Position numbers and translations under genes: made by a program. A DNA stretch of 32,000 nt. Origin: Thermoproteus tenax Kra 1. GTDB taxonomy: Archaea; Thermoproteota; Thermoprotei; Thermoproteales; Thermoproteaceae. Below are positions 7,216-15,611 of this stretch, piece by piece (position 1 is the first letter of the stretch; every line of letters begins with the position of its first letter). The notes beneath the pieces are model-generated. The model ran no database searches, was not told the DNA's origin, and worked only from the letters and a program-made list of their open reading frames with translations. The stretch spans positions 480,001 through 512,000 of the forward strand of contig NC_016070.1 in the NCBI RefSeq assembly GCF_000253055.1. The letters are read 5' to 3'.

Positions 7216-7371
7216 ATGCAGCCGAATCCTAAACTGGTCGACGAGATCACTAGGCTCACCAACGAGTTGTACGAGAGCGGCTATATCGAGGCCGCCCGCT
7301 TGTTGGAGGAGGCGAGGAAAGTGATCCTGGAGATGGAGCGAGAGAGATTCCTACAGCCGGCCACCGATTAA
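7216..7371 (+). CDS. small helical protein, 51 aa (below the ORF-track cut-off)
   Basis: MQPNPKLVDEITRLTNELYESGYIEAARLLEEARKVILEMERERFLQPATD. Strong G/C third-position bias, and its own TATA box at the leaderless distance. The TAA 7369-7371 overlaps the stop of the convergent DPCK gene. Confidence 0.55.
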   Translation: MQPNPKLVDEITRLTNELYESGYIEAARLLEEARKVILEMERERFLQPATD

Positions 7372-7877
7372 CACTCCTTCAAGAACTTCAACAGAGATTT
7401 TATCTCTCTATAGGCTCCAACTGGTATTATCACCAAGGCGCCTTTATAGTGGCCGTAAACGACCGCCGAGTCGTCTGAAGCCAGCGCTATGAATGCGAGG
7501 GAGAGCATATCCTCCTCGCCTTCGACCAACAGAAGAGTGCCGTCGTTGTTCACAGCAGTCTGCACAGCTCTCCACGCCTCCTCCGTTATATATCCAGGGC
7601 TGTTCCTGACCTTAAGCACGTGGGGAAAACGCGTCGTTATCTCCACATACTCCCTCCTCCGCGTCTTGAGATCGATGGCGGCGGCGTTGGGCACTACTCC
7701 GGCCGCCAGAAAGTTCGCAGTAACTACATCGCCTACAGTGTAAATCTTCTTCACTCCGAAGTCGCCGGCCACTGCCAGAGCCAGCTCCACGGAGCGCGGA
7801 GGGTCTCTCCAGATAGTTATAGGGTAGGGGAAGGCGAACAGCTCCCGCCTTTCCTCGGGCAACTTGAGGCACCTCAC
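7368..7877 (-). CDS. DUF359/UPF0218 family, archaeal GTP-dependent dephospho-CoA kinase
   Basis: 169 aa with IYTVGDVVTANF...AAIDLKTRR...LLLVEGEEDMLSL...VVYGHYKGALVIIPV, which matches my memory of the DUF359 pattern (GDxV, D-x-K-T-x-R, GEEDL, YGQP-like). Confidence 0.75.
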   Translation of the reverse strand: MRCLKLPEERRELFAFPYPITIWRDPPRSVELALAVAGDFGVKKIYTVGDVVTANFLAAGVVPNAAAIDLKTRRREYVEITTRFPHVLKVRNSPGYITEEAWRAVQTAVNNDGTLLLVEGEEDMLSLAFIALASDDSAVVYGHYKGALVIIPVGAYREIKSLLKFLKEC

Positions 7878-8587
7878 AGCTCTATTGAGGCGCAGGTATA
7901 GGGCACATAGACGTCGATGCCGGGCGGGATAGACGGCGGAAATAAATAGAAGTGTATCGGCAGAAGCGCCTTGACGCCGGCCCTCTTGGCTAACTCGACT
8001 GCGTCCCTCGTAGTGCTGTGGCCCACGGCGTTGGCGACAGCCTCCTGGCCTGGATTAGCCGAGACTTCGTGGGCCAGGACATCGCAGCCTCGGGCCAGCT
8101 CCTCAAGCTCAGCGTTGGGCGCTGTATCTCCACTATAGGCGAGACACCTCCCTCCGTGCTCGATCCTGATGTGTACGGCCTCAACGGAGTGGCGCGCCGG
8201 CGCGAACTTCAGCAATGTGGAGCCAAGGCGGAGCTCCCCTCTGGCCTCGATCGGCACGGGCTCCATATGTTGCCTAAGGTGAGACATAGAGACTGCGTCG
8301 AGGATCTTCTCAATAGAGGATAACGCCGAGGCCAGCCCTATCACTTTAAGCTTGATCCCCCTCTGGCGCGCCATGAGGAGCAACGTCGGCACGCCCAGAA
8401 TGTGGTCTCCGTGCACGTGCGAGACGAACACTGCGTCTGGAAGGGGGAGCCCGCATTGGGCCATACGGGCGTAGGTCCCCTCGCCTGCATCTAAAACCAT
8501 CTTCACATCAGTTTCAACATACAACGATGTATAGCCGAGCCAGGGACTTGAGATCCAGCCGCCGTAGCCGAGTACGGTTATCTTCAT
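7874..8587 (-). CDS. metallo-beta-lactamase-fold protein, RNase Z/ElaC-like
   Basis: 237 aa with HVHGDH, plus later H and D ligand positions (ARHSVE, YSGDT, GHST). It overlaps the downstream DPCK gene by 4 nt. Confidence 0.7.
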   Translation of the reverse strand: MKITVLGYGGWISSPWLGYTSLYVETDVKMVLDAGEGTYARMAQCGLPLPDAVFVSHVHGDHILGVPTLLLMARQRGIKLKVIGLASALSSIEKILDAVSMSHLRQHMEPVPIEARGELRLGSTLLKFAPARHSVEAVHIRIEHGGRCLAYSGDTAPNAELEELARGCDVLAHEVSANPGQEAVANAVGHSTTRDAVELAKRAGVKALLPIHFYLFPPSIPPGIDVYVPYTCASIEL

Positions 8588-8611
8588 AATGGGGAGGAAC
8601 AGGCCTCTTAT

Positions 8612-9849
8612 TCAATTTATCCAGCCTTCCACTTTCCCGACCCACTCGGCAGGATTCGTCGTGAGCCACGGCGGCCTTAGTAGATGTCTCCATTCGCCGG
8701 GCCTCGGCAGATAGACCCCCCTCTCCTCGGCGGAGAGGAGGTACCGAACCTCCGCCGATTTGAACACTGTGCCGCACCTTCTGCATCTCCTGCCCTTACC
8801 TCTGCCGAGGCTCTCCAGGGCGCCTCCACAGTAGGGACATCTCGGCTTAGTTTGGACGAGCTTGTAGAACACCTCCATCCTCTCGACGTATAGGTAGAGC
8901 CTCTCGCCCCTGGGCTTTAATCCTCCCCTCAGCTCTACGTAGCAACCGACGCACTTCTCCAACGTCGTGCTCAATTTGCCCAGATGTCTGTAGGCCACGG
9001 CGATGAGGCCGTTGGAGAGCCCCGCGAATACGTGCCTCTTCACCCTCTTGGTCCAGAGCACCAGGGCCCTCGTTTTGTAGACGGAGTAGGGCAGAGGCCT
9101 CTCGGGCAGAATCCCGAGCTCGAAGTGGGCGTCGGTGGCTTGGTTTGTTCTAAAGATCGCCCAACCCTTCGCCTTTATCCCGTTCTCTTGGAGGAAACGC
9201 GCAGCATATATCAGATGGGGCGGCGAGGTGCCCCTTATGCCGTACAAGACTGGGTCGGGCCCCCTCGGCTCTATCAAGACCCTTCTGCCGTCCAAATTGT
9301 GGAAAGTGAACGGGTACGTCAGCCTCTCCATGGCCTCCACCAGACGCGGGGGGATCGCCGGCCTCTCGCCCTCTCTGTAGGCCAAAAGCTCGAAGGTGGA
9401 GGTGGGGAGCTCTGCGCCGATCGCGGCCACTGCCCCTATTACGCCTCTGCCTCCCCAAGTCCTCACTCCATCTACCCTCTCGACGACGCTCCTCGGGACT
9501 ATCTGGGCCAGGGCCAGTCTGTAGACGCGCTTGGCCCTCTCGGGCACGCCGCCGATGGCCATGGCCACGCCGGGGCTGGTCTTGCCCGCCCTATCTGCGC
9601 TCTCCGCAGTTATCTTAATAGCCAGCTCCCAAACGTCTTGGGCCGCAGCCTCGGGCAAGTCCAACACGAGCGCCACTGCGGCGTTCCCTCTGGTCTTAAA
9701 CGGGACGTAGGGTTCAGCCTAATTAGACGGGGATAATCGGCGAACACATCGCCGTATGTTCTAATTATCTCTTTTGCCAAGAGGTAGGCCACGTGGGTCG
9801 TGCACCCCCCTCTATGGGAGTCTGTGTCGTCTATACCTAAATATATCAT
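8612..9849 (-). pseudogene. tiaS: tRNA(Ile2) 2-agmatinylcytidine synthetase TiaS, reading frame interrupted (needs a -1 shift near 9709-9718)
   Basis: The N-terminal piece (from ATG 9849) reads MIYLGIDDTDSHRGGCTTHVAYLL...YPRLIRLNP. The second frame continues YVPFKTRGNAAVALVLD... through to a C-terminal Zn ribbon CPYCGG...CRRCG. Together these reconstitute the conserved PRLIRLNP-x4-KTRGN motif. The two frames overlap by only 9 nt. Confidence 0.8.
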
Positions 9850-11525
9850 CCCTTGAGCCCCCCTATGTTGAAGCCCTCCAACATTCTGCCCAGTATCAGA
9901 TAGCTCAAGACCAACACGGGGAGCGCGACTACGAGGGCCGAGGCCGCCAAAGTGCTCCAGTCAACGGACGTGCTCATGATAGATTCTATTGCAAATATAG
10001 TGACGGTCTGGGCTCCCGTCGGAGGGAAGTTGAACTGATAGGGAGTCTGAGTGAGCACAATGGGGTAGAACAGCAAATGCCAGTTCACAATAAAGGAAAG
10101 AGTGAACAGAGTGAACCAAGCGCTCCTCGTTATAGGGGCGATGATTCTGAACAGTATACGCGTCGAACCGGCCCCCTCGACCTCCGCCATCTCGTGGTAC
10201 TCGTTGGGCAGATCTCTGAAGACGTTAAAGAAGACCCAGGCGGACAGCGTGGCGGTAAATATCGGCGTCGACAAAATCAAGATCCACCACGTGTTCAATA
10301 AGTTGGACCACACGGCGAAGAGGTAGATAGGGAATATAAAGCTCGTGGGCGGCAGGGCGTATAGATATATTGTGAGGAGGAGCGGGCCGAGGCGGTTCCT
10401 CTTGGCCATGAGATATGCGGCAGGCCCCGCCAGAAGCACCGATAGAGCCGCCGCGGCCGCTCCGACGACCACGTTGGTGACGACGTACGGCGTCGATCTG
10501 GCCAAGGCATCTAGGAAGTATTTGGCCGTGAAGACGGTCGGATAGATTATGGGGGGCGTGATGAAGTCGTACTGATCGGGCCTGAACGCTATCAAGAACA
10601 TCCAGTAGACTGGGAACAACAGGAAGGCCAAGATGGCGGCGAAGAATATCCAGAGGGCGGCGTTGAAGACTTTGTCTGGTATCTTGAGAGCGGGCATCCT
10701 CACGTAGAGACCTCCCGCCCTCATTACGTAGAGCAGGGCCAGAGCCGGCGCCGTGGCTATCGCCGCCAACAGTGCCGCCACGGTCTCCCCCGCCTTGAGG
10801 TCCCCCATGAAGTACAACAGATCGTAGACCATGAGCGGCAACGTCGTTGAGGAATAGCCGGGCCCTCCCTGGGTGAGAATGAAGGGTATGTCGAAGTCGC
10901 CTAACTGGAGGATAAAAGTGATGAGGAAGGCCGTGACGACGACTTTGAACACATAGGGTAGCACGACTCCGAAGTAGTACTGCGACATAGAGGCGCCGTC
11001 GATCTGCGCGACCTCCCTCAGTTCTTTGTTCACAGTCTTAAGACCTCCTATGATCACAAGATATGCAAACGACACGCTGCCCCAGATGCCCACTATTGTG
11101 ACGGCCCATATAGAGAGCCCCGGGACAGTCGTCAAGTTCAACATGGGCAGCCTCAGGAGCTTTATCAGATAATAGGCGGGGCCATACAGCGGATCGAAGA
11201 TGGTGTACCACACCATTGTCGAGGCGGTGAACGGTATAGTGTAGGGGACGAGTATGAGGAGGGAGAGGGGTATCTGCCACCTACGCGGCAGACTGTCCAC
11301 TCTGATGGCCAAGATGAGCGCAAGCAGAGTGGATATTAACGCCGTAGCCGACGCAAAGAGAAGCGTGTTATAGAGCGCCAGCTGGAACGTGCCGGGCGGA
11401 AAGTCCAAGAAGAGGGACTCAACGGCGGATGGATTGAAGCCCACTAGATAGAAGGTGAGCAGAAGCGGCAGTAGGCCGAACGCGACTATGTAGGCGATGT
11501 AGGGCCCTATCCAGAACTGGCGCAT
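9846..11525 (-). CDS. ABC transporter permease, fused double (MalF/MalG-like) membrane domain
   Basis: 559 aa and very hydrophobic. It has two EAA-type loops (EVAQIDGASMSQYYFGVVLP and EMAEVEGAGSTRILFRIIAP), about twice the size of a single permease. Confidence 0.85.
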   Translation of the reverse strand: MRQFWIGPYIAYIVAFGLLPLLLTFYLVGFNPSAVESLFLDFPPGTFQLALYNTLLFASATALISTLLALILAIRVDSLPRRWQIPLSLLILVPYTIPFTASTMVWYTIFDPLYGPAYYLIKLLRLPMLNLTTVPGLSIWAVTIVGIWGSVSFAYLVIIGGLKTVNKELREVAQIDGASMSQYYFGVVLPYVFKVVVTAFLITFILQLGDFDIPFILTQGGPGYSSTTLPLMVYDLLYFMGDLKAGETVAALLAAIATAPALALLYVMRAGGLYVRMPALKIPDKVFNAALWIFFAAILAFLLFPVYWMFLIAFRPDQYDFITPPIIYPTVFTAKYFLDALARSTPYVVTNVVVGAAAAALSVLLAGPAAYLMAKRNRLGPLLLTIYLYALPPTSFIFPIYLFAVWSNLLNTWWILILSTPIFTATLSAWVFFNVFRDLPNEYHEMAEVEGAGSTRILFRIIAPITRSAWFTLFTLSFIVNWHLLFYPIVLTQTPYQFNFPPTGAQTVTIFAIESIMSTSVDWSTLAASALVVALPVLVLSYLILGRMLEGFNIGGLKG

Positions 11526-11548
11526 GGAAAAGGGGGATTATTTCAGAG

Positions 11549-12994
11549 CTAGTGGCACGGGCCGTAGGTCTGCACCAACGCGTTGATCCACGAACGAGCT
11601 GCCGAGTTCATTGCGGTCTGTGCGTCCATCTGACCCAAGAGGTACATATAGACCTCTTGGTTGAAGGTGGGTATCAGCACTTGGGCTGTCGGCGGTATGT
11701 TGGGCGGGTTGGCCCAAGCGTTCTGGGCAGCTTGGTAGACCTCCTTCAGTATCTCGCGCTCGTGCGAGCTCAGAGTGCTGTTCGACAACAACATCTGGAA
11801 GGCCTCCTTGGATATCGGGAAGTGGTGGAAGTATAGATATTCGTAGATCTGCACTTTCGGCGACACGAGGAACGCCAAGAAGTCCAATGCCTGTTGGATG
11901 TGCGCTGAGTATTTGCTCACCGCCAAGAAGCTGGTGCCCGTCTCGGCGTAGCCGCCCGGCAGAGGCGCCACATATGTGTCGTTGTAGACAGAGGGCGGCA
12001 AATAGGCGAGTTGGCTCACGAACAATATTGCGGCGGGAGCGTACTGGGCGTAGAGCTGCGGATCGTTGTTGTAAGACACTGCGGTCACATTGGGCGGAGG
12101 CTCGTAGGAGACGAGCTCTCTGTAGACCTCAAGCGCTTGAATTCCGTCGGTCGTATTGAAGTCGGGCAACGGATAGGGGCAGCCTGGAGCGGGAGAACCA
12201 TAGAACATTATGTTGAAGGTCGGTATACCGCCCGACGTCCCCTTGTTCAAGGAGGGGTCGTGGAGATACCACCAACCGAAGACTGCCGGATAGGCGTCAA
12301 TAATATCGTGTGATGGATCGTCGGCAATTATTATTCCGTACTTGGTGATGCCGTGGCCGACGAAGAACTTGTCGGCGTCTAGCGCTGCCGTCCAGTTCTC
12401 CCAAGTGAGCGGATCCAACTGTAGGCCATATTCTCTATAGAACTGTTGAGCCAACGTGTTGTTGTCGAACAGAGATTTCTTATAGACTAGCGTGTAGATG
12501 TCGGTCTCGTAGGCCACTCCTATGTAGACGTTCTGGCCGCTCGTTGCGTTGTAGTAAACGCCGCCGAAGTCCTCTTGCGGCTCTATTAAGTCGCTCATAT
12601 TGAAGAGGGTGCCTACGTAGGGATTGAGGGGGACAACGTAGGGCACAAACCTAAGCGAGGATGTAGAAGTGAACTCCACTATATCGTACTGCGATGAGTG
12701 GGCTTGGAGCACTGTAAGCTCGTTAGTCAAATACTGGCTGAAGGGGTACGTGATAACCTTGACATACACGTTCGGATGCAGTTGGTGATATAGCTGGCCC
12801 GCAAACTGTATGAAGTCCGCCGTTTTGCCTTTATACGCGACAACATACAATGTTATATTCTGTTGAGGAGACGGCGCAGTCGGCGTAGCGCTGGATGTGG
12901 GGGGAGGGGTCTTAGACATAAAATAGGCTGCTGCTCCGATCAGTATTAACACCACAACGATCCCTACGGCGAGTCCCAACTTTGATGCGCGCAT
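11549..12994 (-). CDS. ABC transporter extracellular solute-binding protein (sugar/family-1 like) with N-terminal membrane anchor and Ser/Thr/Pro linker
   Basis: Anchor KLGLAVGIVVVLILIGAAAYF, then PPPTSSATPTAPSP, then a large Tyr/Trp/Asn-rich domain. I prefer ATG 12994 (MRASKLG) over the track's TTG 13009, because the TATA box is centred 25 nt upstream of 12994. Confidence 0.8.
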   Translation of the reverse strand: MRASKLGLAVGIVVVLILIGAAAYFMSKTPPPTSSATPTAPSPQQNITLYVVAYKGKTADFIQFAGQLYHQLHPNVYVKVITYPFSQYLTNELTVLQAHSSQYDIVEFTSTSSLRFVPYVVPLNPYVGTLFNMSDLIEPQEDFGGVYYNATSGQNVYIGVAYETDIYTLVYKKSLFDNNTLAQQFYREYGLQLDPLTWENWTAALDADKFFVGHGITKYGIIIADDPSHDIIDAYPAVFGWWYLHDPSLNKGTSGGIPTFNIMFYGSPAPGCPYPLPDFNTTDGIQALEVYRELVSYEPPPNVTAVSYNNDPQLYAQYAPAAILFVSQLAYLPPSVYNDTYVAPLPGGYAETGTSFLAVSKYSAHIQQALDFLAFLVSPKVQIYEYLYFHHFPISKEAFQMLLSNSTLSSHEREILKEVYQAAQNAWANPPNIPPTAQVLIPTFNQEVYMYLLGQMDAQTAMNSAARSWINALVQTYGPCH

Positions 12995-13010
12995 ATGGTT
13001 GTGTAACAAC

Positions 13011-13027
13011 GATTTTTTAATTTATCG
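13011..13027 (-). promoter_or_regulatory. TATA box (minus strand CGATAAATTAAAAAATC) of the ABC-transporter operon
   Basis: AT-rich box 25 nt upstream of ATG 12994. Confidence 0.5.
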
Positions 13028-13028
13028 T

Positions 13029-13098
13029 GGCGTCTTTCCCGCATTTCTCAAGCGGTCATAAGGTCAGAGACGCCATGGCGTCTGGTTGGGAAAGGCGC
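13029..13098 (-). promoter_or_regulatory. nested dyad-symmetry element, candidate operator
   Basis: A perfect 16-nt palindrome AGACGCCATGGCGTCT (13068-13083) is nested inside an 11-nt inverted repeat GCGTCTTTCCC (13030-13040)/GGGAAAGGCGC (13088-13098), which matches 10/11 (11 pairs if G-U is allowed). The proximal arm abuts the TATA box. The half-site GGCGTCT occurs three times. Confidence 0.5.
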
Positions 13099-13563
13099 TC
13101 GTCCTCGGCCCCACGACGGCGGCGCGTCTAACTCCCAGCGAGTACGTCGAGAGGCTGTCGAAAGACTAGGGGGCCCACCGCCGAGGAGCTGGGCCTCCAA
13201 TCGAGAGCAGAAAACGAAAGAGGTATGAGCTGAGGCGCGGAGCTATGGAGGCTCGGCATAGCGCTGTTCACGGCGCGTTGAATAATGTCGATAGGCTTAG
13301 GGCCGCGACAACGGTTGCGCTGGTAGTCGTGGGGGTTGAGGGCCTTGTCTGTCCAAGATGCCGAGATGCCTCGCCTCCTCATGCGAGAGCCCCAATCTTG
13401 GTTGTAGGGACGGCCGCGGATTCTAGCCGCCTCCTCTCCTCGCCTTCCCCCTTTAGTCTATCCAGCTCTAGCCCCATGAACCGCAATGTTCTCTCCGTCT
13501 GTGGGCTAAGGAGGAGGCCTCTCCAAAAGCTCGTCGTACACAGTATAAAATAGACCGCTTTTG

Positions 13564-13603
13564 AAAGGGCTTACAACCGAGGGCCCCCGCCCTTTAGGGC
13601 AGG
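13564..13603 (-). repeat. copy C of the recurring 3'-flank element
   Basis: The minus strand reads CCTGCCCTAAAGGGCGGGGGCCCTCGGTTGTAAGCCCTTT. It shares CCTG, AAGGGCG and an exact TCGGTTGTAA with copy A. The stem AAAGGGC/GCCCTTT encloses the conserved decamer. It begins 9 nt after the HAD gene stop, in sense orientation. Confidence 0.5.
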
Positions 13604-13611
13604 AAGCGCGG

Positions 13612-14325
13612 TTATACTGCGCCCTGCTGCTTCATTGACTTAATCACCGACCGGATATACCTGGGGAGCTCTTCGAATCGTATCGGCACAACGCCCTCTA
13701 TCTTCAGATCGGCGTTATATTGGTTCCTCACAAGGATCCTTACGTCGGCCATCCTCCATGCGGGTATATCGTTGTCGCTGTCGCCCATATAGACGACGTA
13801 ACTGACGCCCAACATGGCCTTGAGCAGTTTGACTGCGTCGCCCTTGTTCTTTTTGGACGCGAATATGTCGGCCATGGGGTGTCTACGGTATCGGAGCACC
13901 GTCATCCCCAACCCCTCGGCGTAGGCCAAGAGCTCCTCGAGGCCTTTCGGCTGGGCGCCCGTCTCCCTCCAGTCTATGGTCAGCCCAGCCCATCTTCCGT
14001 CGCTAGTCCTCTTGGCGTCGATGTAGGCGTCCAACGATCTGGCTCTGCGCACTAGCTGCTCCATCTCGATAGCCCTCAGGTCGTCCGCTATCGCCGTATA
14101 GCCGCCCGCCTTTATCTCTATGCCGTTGATACACGCAAAGGCTTTGGCGTAGGGCACTTTCTCGTACGCAGTTCTACAGTCCTTGGTCGTCACTATGGCT
14201 ATCGGCACTAGGTGCGAGAGCTCCCTCAGAGCCAAGTCTAGCTCCTCGGGCACTTCTCCGTCCCTCCTCACCAACTCGGGAGGTATCAATGTGCCGTCAA
14301 GATCGGCAAAAAGCGCGATGCTCAT
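13612..14325 (-). CDS. HAD-superfamily (subfamily IIB-like) sugar-phosphate phosphatase
   Basis: 237 aa with motif I FADLDGTL, motif II IVTTKD, and motif III/IV K...GDSDNDIPAW. Confidence 0.8.
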   Translation of the reverse strand: MSIALFADLDGTLIPPELVRRDGEVPEELDLALRELSHLVPIAIVTTKDCRTAYEKVPYAKAFACINGIEIKAGGYTAIADDLRAIEMEQLVRRARSLDAYIDAKRTSDGRWAGLTIDWRETGAQPKGLEELLAYAEGLGMTVLRYRRHPMADIFASKKNKGDAVKLLKAMLGVSYVVYMGDSDNDIPAWRMADVRILVRNQYNADLKIEGVVPIRFEELPRYIRSVIKSMKQQGAV

Positions 14326-14376
14326 CTGCAGCCTCTACCTAGTTAGTTTAATGGTTTACGCCTTTCTCTTCAAGAG

Positions 14377-14383
14377 TTAAATA
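14377..14383 (+). promoter_or_regulatory. TATA-like box (TTAAATA) for the FAH-family gene
   Basis: Centred 24 nt upstream of ATG 14404. Confidence 0.45.
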
Positions 14384-14403
14384 GAGGGGGCGAACGGAGA
14401 CAT

Positions 14404-15300
14404 ATGAAGCTGTTGACCTACAGCCACCGCGGCGTAAGAAAAGTTGGCGCGTATGTTGAGGGCGCCGTGGTCGACCTCGCCGAAGCCTACAAGGCGGTCT
14501 ACGGCGCCGAGAAGGCCCCCGACTTCCTCTACGACATGAAAGACTTGATCTCCGCGGGCGAGCCGGCGTTGCGCATAGCCAGAGAGGTGGCCGAGAAGGC
14601 CAGCGGAGAGCACTATTTAGATCCGCGCTCCATAGTGTGGGAGCCTCCCGTTGTGAGCCCCGAGAAGATACTGGCTGTCGCCGTCAACTATAAGTCTCAC
14701 GGAAGGGAAATGGGCCACGCCCCGCCGCCGCGCCCCTACTTCTTCCCCAAGTTCCCCAACGCGCTGGTGGGCCACGAGAGACCCATAATCAAACACAGAA
14801 TAGTCCAGAAGATGGACTGGGAGGTAGAGCTCGTGGTAATAATAGGCAGGTCCGGCAAATATATACCTAAGGAGAGTGCCCTCGACTACGTGTTCGGCTA
14901 CACCGTGGGGAACGACATAAGTATGCGCGACTGGCAATATCCTCCCACCGAGCTGGGCCTTGGGTGGATCTGGGGGAAGAGCATGGACACAGCGGCGCCC
15001 GTAGGCCCGTACATCGTAACCGCCGATGAGATCGGCGACCCCAACAAGTTGGGCCTAAGACTGTATGTGAATGGCGTTTTAGAGCAGGAGGGCAACACTG
15101 CCGATCTGATCTTCAATATACAAGATTTAATCCACTGGGCCTCGCAGGGCATAACTCTGAAGCCCGGCGATATGATATTCACGGGCACTCCGCCCGGCGT
15201 GGGCCACGCCAAAGGGAAGTACCTCAAAGACGGCGATGTGGTGGAGGCGGAGGTCGAGGGAATCGGCGTGTTGAGGAACTACGTGATCGAGGAGAAGTAA
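14404..15300 (+). CDS. fumarylacetoacetate hydrolase (FAH) family protein (2-keto-4-pentenoate hydratase/decarboxylase-like)
   Basis: 298 aa with WEVELVVIIG, GYTVGNDISMRDWQ and IFTGTPPGVG, typical of the FAH C-terminal domain. Confidence 0.9.
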   Translation: MKLLTYSHRGVRKVGAYVEGAVVDLAEAYKAVYGAEKAPDFLYDMKDLISAGEPALRIAREVAEKASGEHYLDPRSIVWEPPVVSPEKILAVAVNYKSHGREMGHAPPPRPYFFPKFPNALVGHERPIIKHRIVQKMDWEVELVVIIGRSGKYIPKESALDYVFGYTVGNDISMRDWQYPPTELGLGWIWGKSMDTAAPVGPYIVTADEIGDPNKLGLRLYVNGVLEQEGNTADLIFNIQDLIHWASQGITLKPGDMIFTGTPPGVGHAKGKYLKDGDVVEAEVEGIGVLRNYVIEEK

Positions 15301-15304
15301 CCAA

Positions 15305-15322
15305 CGAGGCTTTCGGTCGTAG
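15305..15322 (+). repeat. copy B (partial) of the recurring 3'-flank element
   Basis: CGAGGCTTTCGGTCGTAG matches copy A (CGAGGCTTTCGGTTGTAA) at 16 of 18 positions. It starts 5 nt after the FAH stop, in sense orientation. Confidence 0.35.
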
Positions 15323-15376
15323 GTCGCTAGCGCACTCCTCAGTCGGAACTCTAGACAGGAAAATCCCAGTTGCAAC

Positions 15377-15386
15377 TTTTATATAT
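15377..15386 (+). promoter_or_regulatory. TATA box (TTTTATATAT) for tRNA-Ser
   Basis: Centred 24 nt upstream of tRNA position 1. Confidence 0.55.
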
Positions 15387-15404
15387 CCTCTCCTAAGTAG
15401 AGTC

Positions 15405-15489
15405 GCCGGGGTGGCCGAGCTGGTCCAAGGCGCGGGCCTGCTAAGTCCGTCCCCGCAAGGGGGCGTGGGTTCAAATCCCACCCCCGGCG
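15405..15489 (+). tRNA. tRNA-Ser, anticodon GCU, no intron, CCA not encoded
   Basis: Acceptor GCCGGGG/CCCCGGC plus discriminator G. D arm GCC-GAGCTGGTCCAA-GGC. Anticodon stem CGGGC/GTCCG with loop CTGCTAA. Long variable arm TCCCCGCAAGGGGGC. T arm GTGGG-TTCAAAT-CCCAC. Confidence 0.95.
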
Positions 15490-15611
15490 CGTCCTCCTCC
15501 TAGCGGCGGTCGGGCTCGGTAGGCGTCCTCTGACTACCCCCTCAGTCTGCTGAAGCTTATCAACCGCCCCTCCGTAGATGATTGCGCGAGGTCGTGTAGC
15601 GATGCCTAGGG

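Noticed and set aside
12995-13009. TTG 13009 as the start of the binding protein (MLHNH extension).
   Set aside because: It would lie only a few nt from the TATA box. ATG 12994 fits the leaderless spacing.
13128-13553. Track ORFs 13128-13382(-) and 13245-13553(+) as real genes.
   Set aside because: They overlap each other on opposite strands, have biased low-complexity composition and no motifs or promoter signals. They are treated as part of a possibly decayed region instead.
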